A stretch of 30,440 nt of DNA from Candidatus Uhrbacteria bacterium (lineage in GTDB: Bacteria > Patescibacteriota > Patescibacteriia > UBA9934 > UBA11717), in the NCBI GenBank assembly GCA_013203725.1, contig JABMPK010000003.1:1-30440 (forward strand), in the 5' to 3' direction. The translations under genes and the position numbers were made by a program. Positions 26,516 to 30,440 of this stretch are shown one piece after another (position 1 is the stretch's first letter; each line of letters begins with the position of its first letter). The notes beneath the pieces are model-generated. The model saw nothing but the letters and a program-made list of their open reading frames with translations. It made no database searches and was not told the origin of the DNA.

Positions 26516-27002
26516 AGTCTGTACGCACTTTGTCCATCATGATCAACCTGTTGTCTGGAATCGACTTTGGGGGTCGGTTCTGAATTCCGTACGCGGCTGC
26601 GTAGTGGACCAGCATGACGCCTACGTCCCAGAGCATGATGACAAGATCCGGATCGCTCAAGATATCGTTTCCATCGAATTCGGGAACGATCATGTCTCCG
26701 GTGTCACGGTCGTTGCCTTTCATCATCCCGGCTCCGATGCCAATAGTGTTGGCCATCCACTGGGAGAGGAGCGCAGACTTCTCGATGTTCAGAGGGTTGT
26801 AGAGCTCCCAGTACAAATCCTCGAGCCGCAGCCAGAGTGGGTTGTATGTCTGGTAGCGCGCAAGGATCTTCACGGTCCTTAGGAAAAGCAGCCCTCCGCT
26901 TGGGAGGACGCTCTCATCTGGGACAACGATCAGTGCGAGCGTATCTTTTTCAGTGAGTCCGATACACGCATACAGCGGAGTGCGCTCAGTTCCGTCTATC
27001 AT
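26514..27002 (-). CDS. GC-rich hypothetical protein
   Basis: ATG 27002 overlaps the upstream TGA (ATGA coupling). Confidence 0.7.
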   Translation of the reverse strand: MIDGTERTPLYACIGLTEKDTLALIVVPDESVLPSGGLLFLRTVKILARYQTYNPLWLRLEDLYWELYNPLNIEKSALLSQWMANTIGIGAGMMKGNDRDTGDMIVPEFDGNDILSDPDLVIMLWDVGVMLVHYAAAYGIQNRPPKSIPDNRLIMMDKVRTD

Positions 27003-27451
27003 CGCAACGGCCTCAGTTCGACACGCGTAGCGCATCGTGCGAGGCGAATCAGTTCCAAATCGATTAGGTGATCTTCAGCAAGCTTGCGCATCGTCGCCTT
27101 TCCGACATCGCCGATTTCCATTTCCAGTTCGGTTGTAGGAATCGTGGCACCATCCAAGCAAGGGTATGCCGGGAACTTGAAGCAGCGAATTTGCATGTCG
27201 CTAAGCCCCTCCGTGATGGCGCTTTCCATCCACGCGTACAAGAGAGACAGATCCAGGTGTCCTTTTCTGAACAAGAAGTCTGCAATGCCTTCAACTTCTT
27301 GCCATGCATCGCAAACTACTCGGTAACTTGCGACGTATCTACTCCACTTTTCGCGTTGAAGTGAGAGTCCGTGAGAATCAACCAACGGCTCCACTGCGAG
27401 CAGTGCGATTTGCGGTTCTGCTCGCAAACACGACAATGGTATAACGTTCAT
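26999..27451 (-). CDS. GC-rich hypothetical protein
   Basis: CAGGAGG SD before ATG 27451. Confidence 0.72.
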   Translation of the reverse strand: MNVIPLSCLRAEPQIALLAVEPLVDSHGLSLQREKWSRYVASYRVVCDAWQEVEGIADFLFRKGHLDLSLLYAWMESAITEGLSDMQIRCFKFPAYPCLDGATIPTTELEMEIGDVGKATMRKLAEDHLIDLELIRLARCATRVELRPLR

Positions 27452-27496
27452 GGCGACCTCCTGAACCTGTTGTACACGATAACGCATGATCGCGTC

Positions 27497-27740
27497 AAAA
27501 AAAGACGACCCCCGGTACAGCGGTACCGGGAGCCGAGGTCCTTGAGGGCGACGCACAAACTACTTGCGTAGGCGTCGTGCTTCGAGTAACGAGCCACGTC
27601 GTGTGATATTCCGCCGGTCGTGCGGGCGCGCTAGACAGCCATATATGGAGTTCTCCGGGATCGTGTGTGGTGAGGGTGGCGGCTGCACGTTGCATTGCCG
27701 CGTTGTGGTCCCGCCGTAGCCGTAGCCTAGTTGGGATTGA
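27497..27740 (-). ncRNA. Candidate small RNA or regulatory leader
   Basis: Promoter TTGACA(27773)-17-TAACAT, GC-rich stems including a GCAA-capped hairpin, terminator with a T7 tract; no SD-led ORF. Confidence 0.4.
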
Positions 27741-27854
27741 AAATATGTTAACAAAGCGAAATAATTCTGTCAAAAAACACGACTCTAAAAAAAATGACCT
27801 CCCCCGGCACCGTAGTGCAGGAGGAGGTCGCAGTAGAATCTATCAGTCGGGCTT

Positions 27855-27905
27855 GGGGACAGTCCCGGGGACAGGTACGGGGACAGTCCCCGGGACTGTC
27901 CCCGT
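27855..27905. repeat. GGGGACAGTCCC cluster with a 29-bp palindrome
   Basis: Tandem GGGGACAG units; ACGGGGACAGTCCC-C-GGGACTGTCCCCGT at 27877-27905. Confidence 0.85.
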
Positions 27906-27957
27906 TATCGTGAGTACCGTTGCATATGACTGATAATATTGCTAATATAAAGGAACT

Positions 27958-30440
27958 ATGCAGAATTACGATCATAAAAACGACGCAAAATGGCAGGCGG
28001 CCTGGGATAAGGCTGGGATCTTTGGTGCTGAGGAGAGCTCAGATCCTACTTCGCGTGAAGCTTCGAAGGACAAGCGCGAGAAGTTTTATTGTTTAATCGA
28101 GTTTCCATTTCCGTCGGGGTCTGGATTGCATGTTGGGCACGTGCGATCGTACGCCGCCTTTGACACCGTTGCGCGCAAACGGCGTATGGAAGGGTACAAC
28201 GTCTTGTATCCAATCGGTTGGGATGCTTTTGGATTGCCTGCAGAAAATCATGCAATCAAAACTGGGCGTAACCCGCGAGAGAATACAAAAGACAACACGG
28301 ACAATTATCGCAAGCAGTTGAAGTCACTCGGACTAAGCTTTGACTGGGCGCGAGAGATCAACACGACTGACCCTGAGTACTACAAATGGACGCAGTGGAT
28401 GTTCTTGGAATTTTTCGACGCAGGTTTGGCGTACAAGAAAAAGTTGGCGATCAACTGGTGCGTTAGTTGTAAGATTGGGTTGGCAAACGAGGAAGTTGTG
28501 AACGGTGCGTGTGAAAGATGTGGTGGTACTGTTGAGAAGCGCGATAAAGATCAGTGGATGATTGCGATTACAAAATACGCAGACCGGTTGATTGATGATC
28601 TTGAGGGGTTGGACTATTTGGAAAAAATTAAGAAGCAACAAGTTGATTGGATCGGACGATCGGAAGGAGCGTCGATTACTTTTGCGGTTGATGGAAGCGA
28701 TGAGAAGATAGAGGTCTTCACGACACGACCGGATACGTTGTTCGGAGCGACGTACATGGTGTTAGCACCAGAGCACGAACTCGTAAACAAGATCACGAGC
28801 GATACTCAGCGAGATGTGGTTGCTAAGTATGTAAAAGATTCTGTAAAGAAAACCGATATTGAACGCGGTGATGCGGAAAAAGAAAAAACCGGAGTAGCGA
28901 CGGGCGCATTTGCGGTGAACCCAGCAACGGGCGACAAGATTCCAGTTTGGGTTGCAGACTACGTACTCATGGGCTACGGAACAGGGGCGATCATGGCCGT
29001 ACCAGCTCACGACGCGCGGGATTACATGTTCGCGAGGGAATTTGATCTCGAAATTGTTACAGTTATCGAACCAGACGGTGATGTCAGCGGAGTGGGAGTA
29101 TTGCTGGAGTCGCATTCTGGTTCGTATATGTTTCAGGAGCGAGATGGAAATACGAAAAAAGATCCTAATATGGTCACGGCCTTTGGGGGAGGGATAGAAT
29201 CTGGCGAAACTGCTATCGACGCTGCAGTGCGCGAGGTAAGAGAAGAGACAGGACTGAATATTGATGTATCTGATCTCAACGTGGTAATAGATCTTGCTAG
29301 TAGAAACACGGAGGGCCAAAAGATCCGAATGTTTGTTGCTCGAGGTTTTGATGCAAAGAATGTGATTGTGTCAGAGGGTAGGGGTATGGCGGAAATGAGC
29401 CTTGATGAAGCGCTAACGTCTGATAAAGTTACAGAATTTACAAAAGAAGCATTATCGAACCTTGATAGTGCATACACAGGAAACGGACGCCTTGTAAACT
29501 CCGACTTCTTAAACGGCCTCGACGTCGAGTCTGCGAAAAAGAAGATGATCGCGTGGCTTGAAGAGAATAAGGTTGGGGAAGGGAAGGTGAATTACCGGTT
29601 GCGGGATTGGGTTTTTTCTAGACAGCGATACTGGGGTGAGCCTATTCCTTTGGTGCACTGTGAAAGTTGCGGATGGGTTCCGGTTCCTGTTGACCAGTTA
29701 CCAGTTGAGCTGCCAGATGTGGAGAAGTACGAGCCGACGGATTCGGGTGAGTCTCCTTTGGCGGCTATCACGGATTGGGTGAATACAAAATGTCCTAAGT
29801 GTGATGGTGACGCTAAGCGCGAGACGGACACAATGCCAAACTGGGCCGGGTCGTCTTGGTATTTTATGCGGTACATCGATCCGCACAACAGCGAGGCTTT
29901 TGCAGACGCCGACAAACTTAAGCACTGGATGCCGGTGGACTGGTACAACGGCGGGATGGAGCACACGACGCTTCACTTGTTGTACTCGCGTTTCTGGAAC
30001 AAGTTCATGTATGACCGAGGACACGTGCCTGTATCCGAGCCGTATGCAAAGCGTACGAGTCACGGTTTGATTTTAGCGGAAGACGGATCGAAGATGTCTA
30101 AGTCAAAGGGGAACGTTGTGAACCCGGACGACATTGTAGAAAAGTTTGGCGCAGATACTTTACGAGTTTACGAGATGTTTATTGGACCGTTTGGAGAGCC
30201 GGCGCCTTGGAGCGACAATGGTTTGATGGGAGTAAAGCGGTTCTTGGATAAGTCGGCGCGGTTGAGTGAGATGATCGTGGACGCAGAATCCGAGCTCGTT
30301 ACCAAATCGTTGCATAAGATGATCAAGAAAGTGGGAGAGGACATTGAGGCGATGCGGTTTAATACTGCGGTGTCGGCGATGATGATTTTTGTGAATGACG
30401 TCACGGGTGAAGAGGGGATCACTAAGGAAAGTTTTGAGAC
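27958..30440 (+). CDS. leuS: Leucine--tRNA ligase with internal NUDIX domain (3' truncated by window; absent from the ORF track)
   Basis: Own translation from ATG 27958: [62 protein letters not shown]. Confidence 0.97.
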   Translation, partial: MQNYDHKNDAKWQAAWDKAGIFGAEESSDPTSREASKDKREKFYCLIEFPFPSGSGLHVGHVRSYAAFDTVARKRRMEGYNVLYPIGWDAFGLPAENHAIKTGRNPRENTKDNTDNYRKQLKSLGLSFDWAREINTTDPEYYKWTQWMFLEFFDAGLAYKKKLAINWCVSCKIGLANEEVVNGACERCGGTVEKRDKDQWMIAITKYADRLIDDLEGLDYLEKIKKQQVDWIGRSEGASITFAVDGSDEKIEVFTTRPDTLFGATYMVLAPEHELVNKITSDTQRDVVAKYVKDSVKKTDIERGDAEKEKTGVATGAFAVNPATGDKIPVWVADYVLMGYGTGAIMAVPAHDARDYMFAREFDLEIVTVIEPDGDVSGVGVLLESHSGSYMFQERDGNTKKDPNMVTAFGGGIESGETAIDAAVREVREETGLNIDVSDLNVVIDLASRNTEGQKIRMFVARGFDAKNVIVSEGRGMAEMSLDEALTSDKVTEFTKEALSNLDSAYTGNGRLVNSDFLNGLDVESAKKKMIAWLEENKVGEGKVNYRLRDWVFSRQRYWGEPIPLVHCESCGWVPVPVDQLPVELPDVEKYEPTDSGESPLAAITDWVNTKCPKCDGDAKRETDTMPNWAGSSWYFMRYIDPHNSEAFADADKLKHWMPVDWYNGGMEHTTLHLLYSRFWNKFMYDRGHVPVSEPYAKRTSHGLILAEDGSKMSKSKGNVVNPDDIVEKFGADTLRVYEMFIGPFGEPAPWSDNGLMGVKRFLDKSARLSEMIVDAESELVTKSLHKMIKKVGEDIEAMRFNTAVSAMMIFVNDVTGEEGITKESFE

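Noticed and set aside
27560-27773. 64-aa and 92-aa ORFs as annotated in the track
   Set aside because: Their start codons fall inside the predicted promoter (-35 box or spacer), so that transcript could not include them.
27505-27957. T-box leader for leuS (GGTACCGC)
   Set aside because: The match is on the strand opposite leuS, lacks the UGGN bulge context, and sits in a terminator stem. None is seen before trpS either.
1-30440. tRNA, rRNA, integrase, transposase or reverse transcriptase genes
   Set aside because: No recognisable signature by eye; any enzyme acting on the repeats must be encoded outside this window.

Overview
Bacterial chromosomal window, most consistent with a Patescibacteria (CPR) genome; this placement is inferred from the DUF4012/glycosyltransferase locus, SD-less core genes and a NUDIX-inserted LeuRS. 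Core genes: glmS, a FemAB-family transferase, a surface-polysaccharide cluster (DUF11-like protein, DUF4012, three GT4 enzymes, a WcaJ-like sugar transferase), RNase P RNA, trpS, HU, rny, truB, infB, trxA, trxB and a 3'-truncated leuS. Between them sit GC-richer ORFan islets, most with their own sigma70-like promoter, strong Shine-Dalgarno site and terminator. The most striking signal is at 1-921: two small paralogous ORFs (20/85 identical residues, ungapped) alternate with a 116-bp spacer that is 115/116 identical between copies. The spacer holds a three-hairpin RNA motif whose third, diverged copy shows compensatory changes in all three stems, and it fits no riboswitch, ribozyme or attC consensus I can recognise. 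Other observations: a short palindromic element present both in RNase P RNA and in frame in leuS, a covarying GGACGGCCGTC palindrome family, heptamer hairpin repeats, four probable leaderless genes, and a candidate ~240-nt sRNA. All calls are by eye; no database searches were run.
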